Origin: Patescibacteria group bacterium
Lineage (GTDB): Bacteria > Patescibacteriota > Gracilibacteria > UBA1369 > PNNO01
Length of the DNA: 64,000 nt
Direction of reading: 5' to 3'
Assembly (NCBI GenBank): GCA_042568575.1
Contig: JBHPIO010000003.1
Span: 32,001-96,000, forward strand
The first letter of the stretch is position 1, and the number at the start of each line of letters is the position of its first letter. Positions 29,064 through 39,940 of the stretch are shown here, one piece after another. The position numbers and the translations under genes are program-made. The notes under the pieces were generated by a model that saw only the letters and a list, made by a program, of their open reading frames with translations, made no database searches and was not told the origin of the DNA.

Positions 29064-31328
29064 TCAAGCCCTAATCCGTCTCTTCTTAACACCTTTTCCA
29101 ACAACTTTCTTTGCTGCCTGGGCAATTTCTTCTTCGCGCTTCTTTTCTGAGATGCCTTTTTTTGGTTTAAGTATACCTTTTGAACGTTTTTCAAGTTCTC
29201 TTTTGGCAAGTGCTTCGCGTTTATCAATGTCATCACGGACTTTATTGTGGTCGGATCTTGTGCCCCTAGATTCGTCTACAAATTGGGCGGGAAGATGATC
29301 GTCGTGTCCCAATTCTTGTAAGGCTCTTTTTGCATTGTGAACTTGTCCAACTTCGTTTCCGAATTTAAGTACATCGAATTTTTGATTTTCTTTAACTTGC
29401 TTTTTCTCATTTATTCCAAGTTTACCGCCAGATTGTTTAACTAATTCTTCGTGAAGAGCTTTTTCGTCTGCAGATAAATGAGTTGTCTGTTTTGTGACGT
29501 CCTCTTGTCCTGCATGTTTGTGGGCTTTTCTTTCACTATCTGCAAAAACTTCTCTAACAATAGCAATTTTTTCCAGTTCTGCTTTCATACTTTCGCTTTT
29601 TGCTATGTTCTCAAGTGCTTCCAGAATATCTGGATCTTCAGTTGTTCCTTGTGCCTCAAGAAGCATTGTTAACTCTTCTTGTTTCTTTTTACTTAGTGCG
29701 TTTTGAGGATCGCCTTCCAGCACAGTTTCATGCATTGCAAGCGCCTCCTGCAGCTTGCCAATTTCCTCGTAAATCTTAGCCTTAGACTGCAAACTAGTAA
29801 TCATCCTTTCGCTTCTTTCCTCGTCGGCGCTCTCCTTTCCCTGCTTTTTTTCAACTTTTGCTGTATCTTTTTTCTCGGTCTTTTCTGCGATTAACTCGTC
29901 ATTGTAATCGTTAGCAGCATTAAACAATTTAAGCCGTTCCCTATAACCTTCTTTATAAAATTTTGAGAACTTTGTTTGCGCTTTTGGATCAAGATTTTCG
30001 AAATCATCAAGAAGATTCTTTCTTGGGAGAATCATAGACGCAAATCCACCAATTTCCCTTGTTCTTCCTTTAAAATCAGTGCCGTGTTTGTAATACTCAA
30101 ACATATCTGCTCTTGTTTGCGGACCAATGACTCTGTTTTTTTCATAGTAATCAAGAAGCTTCACCGCACGTTTCATTAACTTTTCTTCTCGCTTCATTTG
30201 TTTAATCATTTCCTTTTTCTTGTCGATTGAACAATTTTCCCATTTACGCACTGTGTGTGGTTCAAGATCTAGAACATCATCGGAAAATCCTTTGTATTCA
30301 TTAGTCAATTTCTCGTCTTCCTTAAGCATTTCTCCGCTTTCCAGCTTTTTAAGAAGCTTGGCTTTTAGTTGCAAAGGGGCTTGTTTGAAAAACTTCTTAG
30401 TTGCGTCCTTACTTTCTTTAGACCACGTTGTTGATTTAACCGCCTCAACTTCTCTGTCAAAATCCCGTTCGAGTTGCCTGTTTAGATTTTCAAAGAACTT
30501 GACCTTATCACGTCGACGTAGCTCTTTAAAGCTGCTATCTTGGAATTCTTTTGGTAAAGTTTTAAACTTTTCGGTGAGTGCTTCGCGAGGTTTCAGAGTT
30601 TCTTCTTTATATACCGCAATCCATTCATCCAGCTTTTCAGGCGTTAAGTCACGAAGCTGCTTTTTAAACTTTCCAATAGATTCTTTGCTAAAATGCTTTG
30701 CGTCACGATCAAGCCAGCTTTCATATAGATTGATTCTTTTATCGCATTCTCGAAGCTCTTCAAGGCGATCACGCATTTCGTGACGTCTCCATTTTGTAAC
30801 TTCTTTTGCGAGATCAGGACGTAATTTAACGATTTCTTTTCGTAGTTCGACTCTTTCGCGGATTTCGTCTGTTAACTTGCGTTCTGCTCTTGCTTGATCC
30901 CACTCTGCGGTTATGTCTTCCTCTGGTAGTTCTTTAAACCATTCAATGTATTCCTTAGCACTATCTTCCGTGAAGGCCTCTTTTACATTGCCCATCACTC
31001 GTTGAGTATAATTATCAACACGGTTGCGTATCCTGTTTTGTTGGCCTTCCAGCTGTCTTTCCAGCGCCGCCAGTTCATTTGGTGATAAAGATTCACTGTG
31101 CATGAGATTTTCCAATTTGTCCTCCCATTTTTTTTGTTCTTTTTTGTTTAAAACACCTCCTTCTGCGAGTCTTCTTCTAAAAACCGCGCTGCGTTGGAGG
31201 ATATCCTGTGTTTCAGTCACGTCATTTCTTCTATTTGCTAAATTTTCAACTGCACCTTCACGATCTTCTCTATCTTTAGGGGCTCTTTCATTAAATACTA
31301 ATCGTCTTTCGGCAAAAAAATCATGCAT
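29064..31328 (-). CDS. Large charged helical hypothetical protein with one TPR-like repeat
   Basis: 754-aa ORF; AKIYEEIGKLQEALAMHETVLEGDPQN resembles a TPR. Confidence 0.8.
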   Translation of the reverse strand: MHDFFAERRLVFNERAPKDREDREGAVENLANRRNDVTETQDILQRSAVFRRRLAEGGVLNKKEQKKWEDKLENLMHSESLSPNELAALERQLEGQQNRIRNRVDNYTQRVMGNVKEAFTEDSAKEYIEWFKELPEEDITAEWDQARAERKLTDEIRERVELRKEIVKLRPDLAKEVTKWRRHEMRDRLEELRECDKRINLYESWLDRDAKHFSKESIGKFKKQLRDLTPEKLDEWIAVYKEETLKPREALTEKFKTLPKEFQDSSFKELRRRDKVKFFENLNRQLERDFDREVEAVKSTTWSKESKDATKKFFKQAPLQLKAKLLKKLESGEMLKEDEKLTNEYKGFSDDVLDLEPHTVRKWENCSIDKKKEMIKQMKREEKLMKRAVKLLDYYEKNRVIGPQTRADMFEYYKHGTDFKGRTREIGGFASMILPRKNLLDDFENLDPKAQTKFSKFYKEGYRERLKLFNAANDYNDELIAEKTEKKDTAKVEKKQGKESADEERSERMITSLQSKAKIYEEIGKLQEALAMHETVLEGDPQNALSKKKQEELTMLLEAQGTTEDPDILEALENIAKSESMKAELEKIAIVREVFADSERKAHKHAGQEDVTKQTTHLSADEKALHEELVKQSGGKLGINEKKQVKENQKFDVLKFGNEVGQVHNAKRALQELGHDDHLPAQFVDESRGTRSDHNKVRDDIDKREALAKRELEKRSKGILKPKKGISEKKREEEIAQAAKKVVGKGVKKRRIRA

Positions 31329-31354
31329 GCTTTACTAAATTAGGGGCTTCATTG

Positions 31355-33877
31355 TTACACAGAGCAAGCGGAAAATCCACATGAAAGACAAAGCATGCAA
31401 CCTTCTGCAATTTGGAGCTGAGTTTTGCATTCAGGGCAAGCTTTGCTGTCCATAATTTCGTGCTTTGTGAGTACAGCTGTTTTAGTCCGTGTCTTCATTT
31501 CAGGTTGCATAGCAGCCTCTGTAGCAACACTTACGCCACCACCAACATGTTTATGTTCTCTTTGTGGTTGAATCGGAGGAAGTGTGAACTCTTCAGCTGG
31601 TGTACTAGCTGCCTCCATCCTTATAGATTGTTCATTTGTTGTTTTAGGTTCGTTATCATCAAGCGGGATCTGGTGTTGTCTTTCTGCTGTCTGTGGCATT
31701 TCTGGTAGAGCAACCTCCTGCGCTTGAACTTTTGGAGTTTCCGGTGTTGGTTCAGGGGTTGGAGCTGCAGGTTTTTCTGCTGCAGGAGCAGGAGCAGGAG
31801 CAGGCGTAGGAGCTCTTTCAGTTTTCGCTTTCTTATTAACCTTTCCGATGTTTAAAACTTGTCCTTCACGACTCTTATCTCTGTAAATTGTCACACCTTT
31901 ACATTTTAATTTGTAAGCAAGCATGTACGAGTCCTCAATATCTTTCATTGTAGCTTCTGTAGGGAAGTTGATAGTTTTTGATACTGATGAATCAACATGT
32001 TTCTGGAACGCACCTTGCATTTTTAGATGCCATTCAGGCGCAATATCTTGCGCAGTTACAAATACGTCTCTTATTTCCTGTGGAATTTCATCGAAGTCTT
32101 GAATTGATCCAACTTTTGCGATTTCTCTCATAAGATCTTTTGAGTAGAAACCTACGTCTATTGCAAGTTCTTCAAAATATTTATTAGTGTAAACAAGCTC
32201 TGTCCCGTCCATTACGTTCTTAATGAATGAGATTGCGAAGTTTGGCTCAAGTCCTCCAGAAGCTTCAGCAAGCATTCCAATTGTTCCAGTTGGAGCAACA
32301 GTTGTAACGCATGTATTTCTCATCCTAACGCCATTTTTTTCGTGGGTTGAACCCTCATAAGCTGGGAACACACCTCTGTCTTCAGCAAGCATTTTTGATT
32401 TATTGCATGCTTCTTCATTAATGAATCCCATAACTTTTTCACCAAAGGCAATTCCTGCGTCGCTATCGTATTTAATACCAAGTTGATATAAAACATCCGC
32501 AAATCCCATCAAGCCAAGTCCAATTTTTCTTGTTGATCTTGTTTTTTCAGCGATTTTTTCAATAGGATAATGGTTTGCATCGATAACGTTGTCCAGGAAT
32601 TGAGTTGCTAAGTGAACAACTTCCTTTAAAGCTTCCCAATCAAGGTCTGATTTATCTTCTATTACGAATTTGTTTAGGTTTATTGATCCAAGATTACAGC
32701 TCTCATGAGCTAGAAGTGGTTGTTCTCCACATGGGTTTGTAGCCTCAATTTCTCCAAGTTCTGGTGTTTTATTGCACCTATTAATTTCGTCAATAAAGAT
32801 AAGTCCCGGGTCACCGTTTTTCCAAGCATTTGAAACGATAATATCGAATACCATGCGAGCTTTTAACTTTTGTAGTGGTTCTCCGTCACGTGGATTGATA
32901 AGGTCATATTCTCCATTATTTTCAAGCGCTTCCATGAATTTATCTGTAACTGCAACAGAGATATTGAAGTTTTGAAGTGTTTTCATGTCAGACTTCATGC
33001 TAATAAAGTCTAAAATATCCGGATGATCAATTCTTAGAATTCCCATATTGGCCCCACGTCTCTTTCCTCCTTGTTTAATTACATCAGTAGCTGCATCAAA
33101 TACCTTCATGAATGAGATAGGTCCTGAAGAAACGCCTGTTGTTGAGTGAACTATATCGTTAGCTGGTCTTAGTTTGCTGAATGAAAAACCTGTTCCTCCT
33201 CCGCTTTTATGAATTAAAGCGGCGTCTTTTAATGAGTCAAAGATGCCTTCCATAGAATCTTGAACTGGAAGAACGAAACATGCAGATAATTGTCCAAGTT
33301 CTGTTCCTGCGTTCATTAAAGTTGGAGAATTTGGCATGAATTTAAGATCTTTCATCATTTCATAGAATTTTTCTTCCATCTCTTTTACGTCTCCTCCGTA
33401 ATTTTCTTCTGCTGCTGCTATTCCTCTTGCTACTCTGTGTAGAAGATCTTCGGGTGTTTCAACTATGTCTCCTGAATCGTCTTTTAATAGGTACCTTCTT
33501 TCTAGTACCTTTAGTGCATTTGTTGAGAAGTTAAGTGATGCATCTCCTTTTCCTTTTCCCAGAATTGCTTCCTTTTCTGCTCTTTCTTCTGCTCTTTTTT
33601 GTCTGTATATAATGTATGCCTTTGCTGTTTTTGCGTGTCCTCCTTCAATAAGAATCTTTTCTACTAAATCCTGAATTTGCTCAACAGTTGGAACTTCGCT
33701 GTCGTCTTTAAAGAATACTTCCAAAACTGCGGCAACTTGATTAGAAATCTTTTCAGCTTCGCTTCTATCGTTACCACCAACAGATTGTGCGGCTTTCCAT
33801 ATTGCTTCTGCTATTCGTTCTTGGTCGAAATCTACTACTCGACCATCTCTTTTTTGAATTTTCTTGATAGAGGACAT
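31355..33877 (-). CDS. nrdJ: Class II (adenosylcobalamin-dependent) ribonucleotide reductase with ATP cone
   Basis: KRDGRVVDFD ATP cone; PNSPTLMNAG, TNPCGEQPL, APTGT; C-terminal CPEC/CLSCGFSAC. Confidence 0.92.
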   Translation of the reverse strand: MSSIKKIQKRDGRVVDFDQERIAEAIWKAAQSVGGNDRSEAEKISNQVAAVLEVFFKDDSEVPTVEQIQDLVEKILIEGGHAKTAKAYIIYRQKRAEERAEKEAILGKGKGDASLNFSTNALKVLERRYLLKDDSGDIVETPEDLLHRVARGIAAAEENYGGDVKEMEEKFYEMMKDLKFMPNSPTLMNAGTELGQLSACFVLPVQDSMEGIFDSLKDAALIHKSGGGTGFSFSKLRPANDIVHSTTGVSSGPISFMKVFDAATDVIKQGGKRRGANMGILRIDHPDILDFISMKSDMKTLQNFNISVAVTDKFMEALENNGEYDLINPRDGEPLQKLKARMVFDIIVSNAWKNGDPGLIFIDEINRCNKTPELGEIEATNPCGEQPLLAHESCNLGSINLNKFVIEDKSDLDWEALKEVVHLATQFLDNVIDANHYPIEKIAEKTRSTRKIGLGLMGFADVLYQLGIKYDSDAGIAFGEKVMGFINEEACNKSKMLAEDRGVFPAYEGSTHEKNGVRMRNTCVTTVAPTGTIGMLAEASGGLEPNFAISFIKNVMDGTELVYTNKYFEELAIDVGFYSKDLMREIAKVGSIQDFDEIPQEIRDVFVTAQDIAPEWHLKMQGAFQKHVDSSVSKTINFPTEATMKDIEDSYMLAYKLKCKGVTIYRDKSREGQVLNIGKVNKKAKTERAPTPAPAPAPAAEKPAAPTPEPTPETPKVQAQEVALPEMPQTAERQHQIPLDDNEPKTTNEQSIRMEAASTPAEEFTLPPIQPQREHKHVGGGVSVATEAAMQPEMKTRTKTAVLTKHEIMDSKACPECKTQLQIAEGCMLCLSCGFSACSV

Positions 33878-34065
33878 GATAATAAATAAAGTTAGGAAAC
33901 AGAGAGGGGGGCAAAAACAAAGATACCAACAAGGATCTTTAATTTTTATCCTGTCCTAGAAAGCCTAAAATCTAGGTATGAGCGCTGATTGAATGTTGCA
34001 ATCCGACTATAGTCCCATCGTGGTATGGAGTGCAATATAAAAAAAGAAACTTTAGTTGCGGAGTT

Positions 34066-34174
34066 TAGGTATATGTAGTGTATTTATTTTAAGGGCATAC
34101 CATATGTAGTAAGCAATTGTTAAAAATTGATGAAGAAAACAGGATAAATCGAGGTCGAAAAGTACATATAGTGA
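34066..34174. promoter_or_regulatory. Tandem NrdR boxes upstream of nrdJ
   Basis: TAGGTATATGTAGTGT(34066), ATACCATATGTAGTAA(34097) and AAAGTACATATAGTGA(34159) against consensus acaCwAtATaTwGtgt; offsets 31 and 62 bp. Confidence 0.7.
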
Positions 34175-34319
34175 ATAGGTGATTTTTGAACAAAAAAGTT
34201 GTACAAAAAGAGGGTAAAAAGTGGATTTGGTGGCTGGGGCTAAAAGAATTTCAATATTTGTATTTGACGGGAGTGGGAAATGATGTATTATATGAGTAGA
34301 TGTATTATAATTTTTTAAT

Positions 34320-35053
34320 ATGACTGATGAAAAAAAGGTGAAATACTAAGAAATTTAGGAGCAATTGATTTTGGAGAAGGAAGTGTTGAAGAGGTTCCGG
34401 AATCGGAAGAAGTTACACCAGATGAAGGAGAAGGTGGGGAAGTTAAAGAAATTAGACACGGAGACGAAAGTGTTAAACCTAAAGTTGATGCATTAATTGT
34501 AGGTACACTAGAAGATCTTGATAATAAACCGGCAGTGCTGGAAAAGGAGGAGCATGTTGTTGAAGCTGCTGTAGATGAAGAAGGGTGTACTTTATATTTT
34601 GAGCCGGGTCATTATCAAATACCTGCTGCAGATTTTCCTGAATTGAATCAACGTATAAAAGAGCAGGTTGTTAAGGGGTTTGAAGATGTGAGTTTTGTAA
34701 AAAAGAATATAACGGCTCCTTTTGCAGGGTATTCTGTTGCATCCGAATCAGATTATGATTGTGAAACTGCTTCTTACAGCACAAGAACAACTCTAATTGA
34801 AGTAAATGGAAATAGATATTTTGTAGTTTATAATTATCCTGGTAGTTCAGGGCATAGAAAAGCTGATACTGGATGTAGAACAGCCTGGGGAGAAAAAGCT
34901 TTTAAAGCAACAGAAGAAGATTGGCGAGAAACATTTTTGAAGCGTTCGCTTATTCCTGCTACAAAATTACAGGACAATGAAAGAGTTGTTGAGTGTCATA
35001 AAAAGGCAATGGAACTTAATGGAAGGTCGCAGAGGGTAGACGTTAGGATGTAA
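34320..35053 (+). CDS. Hypothetical protein interrupted by a -1 frameshift at an A7 run near its start
   Basis: ATG 34320 gives MTDEKKVKY*; the -1 frame is open from 34331 through the 34535-35053 ORF; promoter TTGACG at 34264. Confidence 0.6.
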
Positions 35054-35093
35054 AAGTGGTATAATAGTATAATGAAAACTAAAACAAAACAAA

Positions 35094-36275
35094 ATGCCTC
35101 CAGAGAAACCACAAAAAAGGGTTGAATCTAAAGAAGCAAAGGAAGCTTTGAAGCAAGAAGCAATGAAGGCTTGCGGAAAGCTTTGCCTGAAATATCATCA
35201 GGATCATGCAAGTGGGTATAACATGGATAGTTTGCCAAAGGATAAAGCTTTATATACGCTCTTTCGCAAGTTTTTTAAGTCTAAGTACTGGCCTGTTTTA
35301 CCACAACATTTCAAAAATGTATTAGTTCATAGATATTTGTATGTCCGAATGATGGTTGAACTTGGATCAAAGCCAAAAATTCGAAAATTTGTTAAGGAAT
35401 TTCAGCCTGGAGTTAAAGGACAGATGCTTGCTGATAGCAATTTTGATGTTCTTCACGCAAAGCTTAAAAACAGTTCTTCATTTGCAGTATTAGAAGAATC
35501 AGATCTTCAATTTGCATTAGAAACTGTTTCTAATGTTGCTGATGTACTAGGTAGAATTCCTAGTGGTGGTAAATGGGGTGCAATGGCGCAACGAGATATG
35601 GGTGCTATGAAAATTGCAGATAAAATCGACGATCAAGTTGCTGCTCCAAGACTTCGAAAAGGGCTTCGTAAGGTTGCAAGGAATATTATTAGAATAATGC
35701 AATTAAGAGCAGCGAAAACAGCAGAAAGAAAAGAAAAACAAAAATCTTTCGATAAACATGAGGAATCGTATAAAAAACAACTTGAAAGTGTAGATAAAAC
35801 ACCAGAAGGAAAGCAAGTTAGAGCAGGTGTTTGGAAGCTAATTAAAAGTAAGGTTTCAGCTGGGGAATTTTCACGTATAAAATATAGAATTGATTTTACT
35901 CAACCATTTAGCAAACTGTTATATGAATTGCGTTTAATACTTTTAACAGAAAACAATGGACGTGTTAAAAAACAAATGGATGCAATAGCACGTCAAAGTG
36001 GATTAGGTGGGAAAAAACGTGAAGAATATGGAAGAATGAATAAGAAACTAAGTTTAGATATCTGGAAAGCTATAGAAAAAAATACTTCGAAAACTCCAAA
36101 AACGCAGAAGTTTTTTAAACAAATGTTCCAGAATCTTAAAAACAGAGATTACAGAATCAATGTCTATACACGACCTTTATTTGACTCACAACCAAGACAG
36201 ACTAAACAGAAAAAACGAATCGAGTTCGAAAATGATATGTATGAACATGACAAATTAGATCGCGATAAAGTTTAA
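35094..36275 (+). CDS. Basic hypothetical protein
   Basis: 393-aa Lys-rich ORF, no recognised motif. Confidence 0.75.
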   Translation: MPPEKPQKRVESKEAKEALKQEAMKACGKLCLKYHQDHASGYNMDSLPKDKALYTLFRKFFKSKYWPVLPQHFKNVLVHRYLYVRMMVELGSKPKIRKFVKEFQPGVKGQMLADSNFDVLHAKLKNSSSFAVLEESDLQFALETVSNVADVLGRIPSGGKWGAMAQRDMGAMKIADKIDDQVAAPRLRKGLRKVARNIIRIMQLRAAKTAERKEKQKSFDKHEESYKKQLESVDKTPEGKQVRAGVWKLIKSKVSAGEFSRIKYRIDFTQPFSKLLYELRLILLTENNGRVKKQMDAIARQSGLGGKKREEYGRMNKKLSLDIWKAIEKNTSKTPKTQKFFKQMFQNLKNRDYRINVYTRPLFDSQPRQTKQKKRIEFENDMYEHDKLDRDKV

Positions 36276-36772
36276 AGCGCTTTCGCTATTTTCTTTCCAA
36301 ATTTGTATGAAGCACGCGGTCCACTGGCTGTGATGACTTTTCCGTCAATGCAGACATCTTTCCCGGTATAATCTGCTCCTAGTCCAAGTAGTTCTTCACG
36401 TGCACCTTCCCATGAAGTAACTTTTTTGTCTTGAAGGATTCCAGCATGTCCTAAAATTAACGGTGCGATGCAGATTGCGGCAACAATCTTTCCTTCTTCA
36501 TAAAATGCTTGAGCGAGGTTAAGTGCTTTTTCGTTATTGAAGTAGACCTTTGCACCGCTTCCTCCAACAAAAACTATTCCATCGTAATCGGTAGTTGCAT
36601 CGGCTACTAGAACATCAATATGAACCGTTGTTTTATCGATACCGCTTACGGCTTCTGTTTGAGTGCTTGCAACCGTAACTTCCACGCCTTTCTTTTCAAG
36701 ACTTTCTCGTGTTTGGAAATATTCTTCATCGCGAAAATTCTCTGGTGCGATGATCATTATTACTTTTTTCAT
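36272..36772 (-). CDS. DJ-1/PfpI family protein
   Basis: FRDEEY, VFVGGSGA, AAICIAP and DGKVITASGP motifs. Confidence 0.93.
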   Translation of the reverse strand: MKKVIMIIAPENFRDEEYFQTRESLEKKGVEVTVASTQTEAVSGIDKTTVHIDVLVADATTDYDGIVFVGGSGAKVYFNNEKALNLAQAFYEEGKIVAAICIAPLILGHAGILQDKKVTSWEGAREELLGLGADYTGKDVCIDGKVITASGPRASYKFGKKIAKAL

Positions 36773-36873
36773 TTTAGTGAGTTTTAATGAAGTATTTATA
36801 TTTTAAATGAATGCAGAGCTATCCTCAATAAGTAAATTTTGGTATAATGGTATGTAGTGTTTAAACAAAAAAC

Positions 36874-38235
36874 ATGGCTACAAAAAAATCAAAAAAGGAG
36901 CATAAAGAAAAAATCGAAATAGTTTTTCCAAAAGATTTTATGTGGGGGACTGCGATGTCTTCGCATCAGGTTGAAGGTGGAAATATGTATAACGATTGGT
37001 GGGCTTGGGAGCAGGAAGGTAAGGTGCTGAATAGGCAGGTTTCTGGTGATGCTTGTGATCATTATCATCTGTATAAAAAAGACTTTGATATGATGCAAAA
37101 GATGCATCATAATACGCACCGTCTTTCTATTGAATGGAGCCGTATTGAGCAAAAAGAAGGGGAATTTAATAAGTATGAGATTCAACATTATCGAAAGGTT
37201 CTGGAGGATTTACGATCAAAAGGAATCCAGCCTGTTGTTACTTTGTTTCATTTCACTTTACCTCACTGGTTTGCAAAAAATGGAGGGTTTTTACAGAAGG
37301 ATGCGCGCAAGATTTTTAATAGATTTGTTAAGAGAGTAGTTAATGAGCTTGGTGATCTTGTTGATTATTGGATAACTGTTAACGAGCCTTATGTTTACGC
37401 GAATTTTGGTTATTGGGAGGGCGTTTGGCCTCCAGGGAAAAAGAGTATTTTTAAGACCTTAAAGGTGTTGAAGCAACTTATCTATGTTCATATTGATTCA
37501 TACAAGTCGATCAAGGAACTCTATAAAAAACAACATTGGAAAAATCCTCAGGTTGGATTTGCAAAGAACTTTATCTGGTTTGCTCCATATAAGAAAGAGA
37601 CTTTTCTAAGCAAGCTTCTTACCAGGTTTTATCATTACAATTATAATAAAGTTTATTTTAGGCCGTTTTACAGTGGTCGTTTCCCGCTTATTTTAGGTTT
37701 TGGGAAGATTCCTGAAGCAAAAGAAAGTCTGGATTTTGTGGGGATGAATTATTACTTTCAGTGCAGCTGTACATACACTTCCATTAAATCGCCGTTTCAT
37801 TTAAGGGAGCATTTTTCTCCTGATCAAGAGAGGACGCTTTTTAACTGGGAGGTTAACGCGGAAGGCTTGTATCACGTTTTGAAGCTTATTTATCTAAAGA
37901 TTAAAAAGCCTATTTTGATTACAGAGAATGGAATTTCGACGTTAGATGATAATCAACGAACTTCATATATTATTCGTCATCTTGATGCAATTAACAGAGC
38001 AATACGAGATGGTGTTGATGTTAAAGGATATTTGTATTGGTCGTTTATTGATAATTTTGAATGGGCAGAGGGATATAGTCAGTTTTTTGGATTGAATGCT
38101 ATGAATCAACGTACTTTTGAACGTACACCTAAACCGAGTGCACAGGTTTATGCGGAAATTTGCAAGACTGGCAAAATCACGGACAACATGCTTAAAAAGT
38201 ATGCCAAAGATCTTCACGATAGGGATATAAAGTAA
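36874..38235 (+). CDS. Glycoside hydrolase family 1 (beta-glucosidase-like)
   Basis: FMWGTAMSSHQVEG, TVNEP (acid/base), ITENG (nucleophile) and DNFEWAEG motifs. Confidence 0.95.
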   Translation: MATKKSKKEHKEKIEIVFPKDFMWGTAMSSHQVEGGNMYNDWWAWEQEGKVLNRQVSGDACDHYHLYKKDFDMMQKMHHNTHRLSIEWSRIEQKEGEFNKYEIQHYRKVLEDLRSKGIQPVVTLFHFTLPHWFAKNGGFLQKDARKIFNRFVKRVVNELGDLVDYWITVNEPYVYANFGYWEGVWPPGKKSIFKTLKVLKQLIYVHIDSYKSIKELYKKQHWKNPQVGFAKNFIWFAPYKKETFLSKLLTRFYHYNYNKVYFRPFYSGRFPLILGFGKIPEAKESLDFVGMNYYFQCSCTYTSIKSPFHLREHFSPDQERTLFNWEVNAEGLYHVLKLIYLKIKKPILITENGISTLDDNQRTSYIIRHLDAINRAIRDGVDVKGYLYWSFIDNFEWAEGYSQFFGLNAMNQRTFERTPKPSAQVYAEICKTGKITDNMLKKYAKDLHDRDIK

Positions 38236-39897
38236 TTATTTCATAATCGCTCCGGTGTGCGCGCTAGTTACTAGTCTAGCGTACCTATTTAGATATCCCT
38301 TGGTTATTTTAGGTTCGAATTCCGGGAGTCCGTTAAGTCGCTCTGCAAGTTCTTCGTCAGACAATTTAACTTCGATAATGTGATTCGGAATATCGAGATG
38401 AATGATGTCCCCGTCTCGAAGTGCTGCAATTGGGCCGTTCTCTGCTGCTTCCGGGCTTATATGTCCAATACAGGCTCCACGAGTACCTCCAGAGAAGCGC
38501 CCGTCAGTTATTAAGGCTACTTTCTTGCCAAGTCCCATTCCTACTATATTTGCTGTTGGAGATAGCATTTCCGGCATTCCAGGTCCGCCTTTTGGCCCTT
38601 CGTATCTAATAACAACAACCGCACCTTCTTTAACTTCTCCGTTTAGAATTCCTTGGCATGCTTCTTCCTGAGAGCCGAATATAATCGCAGGGCCTTCAAA
38701 TTCCATCATTTCAGGATCTACTCCTCCGCTTTTAACAACAGATCCGAGAGGGGCAAGGTTTCCAAACAGGAATGCTAACCCTCCTGTTTCGCTATATGCA
38801 TTATCTAGTGTGTGAATAATTTCTGGGTTTGTTATCTCAGCGTCTTGAATATTTTCACCAAGTGTTTTTAAAGTGACTGTTTTTCTATCAAGCTTTAAAA
38901 GGTCTTTTTTGGAAAGTTCTTTCAGGATAGCCGAGATTCCACCAGCATTTAGTACATCTTCAACGTGAATATCAGGCGCTGAGGGGCTTACTTTACAAAT
39001 ATATGGAGTTTTATCAGCAAGTTCGTTTACACGTTTGATGTCGTAATCTATGCCAGCCTCGTTCGCGATTGCGAGTGTGTGTAGAACTGTATTTGTTGAA
39101 CCACCCATTGCCATGTCGAGGATGAATGCGTTGTCGATTGCATCGTGAGTTACGATGTCGCGTGGTTTTAAATCTTCTTTAACAAGTTGCACGATTTGTT
39201 TTCCTGTTTTTGTAGCAAGTTCTTTACGTTCTTCGCTTACAGCAAGGTATGTCCCGTTTCCAGGAAGACCTATCCCAAGCGCTTCTGAGAGGCAGTTCAT
39301 TGAATTTGCTGTGAACATTCCTGCGCAAGAACCACACCCGGGACATGCACTTACCTCGAGTTCCTTTAATTCTTCCTCCGACATTTTGTTTGCTTTAAAT
39401 TTGCCCACGCCTTCAAATGCTGTAACAAGATCTACAGATTTTCCGTTAACTTTACCGGCTTTCATAGGGCCGCCAGAAAGCATGATTGTTGGGATATTTG
39501 TGCGGACTGCAGCCATCATCATTCCTGGAACGATTTTGTCGCAACTTGCTATGCAAACCATTCCATCCAGTCTGTGCGCTTCAACTACAGTTTCAACTGA
39601 ATCGCAGATAAGCTCGCGCGAAGGGAGAGAGTAATGCATCCCAAGATGCCCCATCGCAATTCCATCATCAACACCAATTGTATTGAATTCAAAAGGAACA
39701 CCACCTGCATCTCGAATGGCTTTCTTTACTATTGCACCGATTCTGTTTAGATGGATGTGGCCAGGAACAATATCGATATAAGAGTTAGCAATGCCAATAA
39801 ACGGTTTATCGAAATCGTCGTCCTTTAAACCGCATGCACGTAAAAGACTTCTATGAGGAGTTCGTTCGAATCCTTTTTTAACTTCATCAGAACGCAT
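38236..39897 (-). CDS. ilvD: Dihydroxy-acid dehydratase
   Basis: [44 protein letters not shown] and TDGRFSG motifs. Confidence 0.96.
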   Translation of the reverse strand: MRSDEVKKGFERTPHRSLLRACGLKDDDFDKPFIGIANSYIDIVPGHIHLNRIGAIVKKAIRDAGGVPFEFNTIGVDDGIAMGHLGMHYSLPSRELICDSVETVVEAHRLDGMVCIASCDKIVPGMMMAAVRTNIPTIMLSGGPMKAGKVNGKSVDLVTAFEGVGKFKANKMSEEELKELEVSACPGCGSCAGMFTANSMNCLSEALGIGLPGNGTYLAVSEERKELATKTGKQIVQLVKEDLKPRDIVTHDAIDNAFILDMAMGGSTNTVLHTLAIANEAGIDYDIKRVNELADKTPYICKVSPSAPDIHVEDVLNAGGISAILKELSKKDLLKLDRKTVTLKTLGENIQDAEITNPEIIHTLDNAYSETGGLAFLFGNLAPLGSVVKSGGVDPEMMEFEGPAIIFGSQEEACQGILNGEVKEGAVVVIRYEGPKGGPGMPEMLSPTANIVGMGLGKKVALITDGRFSGGTRGACIGHISPEAAENGPIAALRDGDIIHLDIPNHIIEVKLSDEELAERLNGLPEFEPKITKGYLNRYARLVTSAHTGAIMK

Positions 39898-39940
39898 ATT
39901 TAAAAATGATCAATAATAAGTTGATCAAATAATCTCACAT

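Noticed and set aside
33880-34060. Cobalamin riboswitch upstream of nrdJ
   Set aside because: Only short hairpins; no GGGAA...GCCACTG B12-box pattern seen on the minus strand
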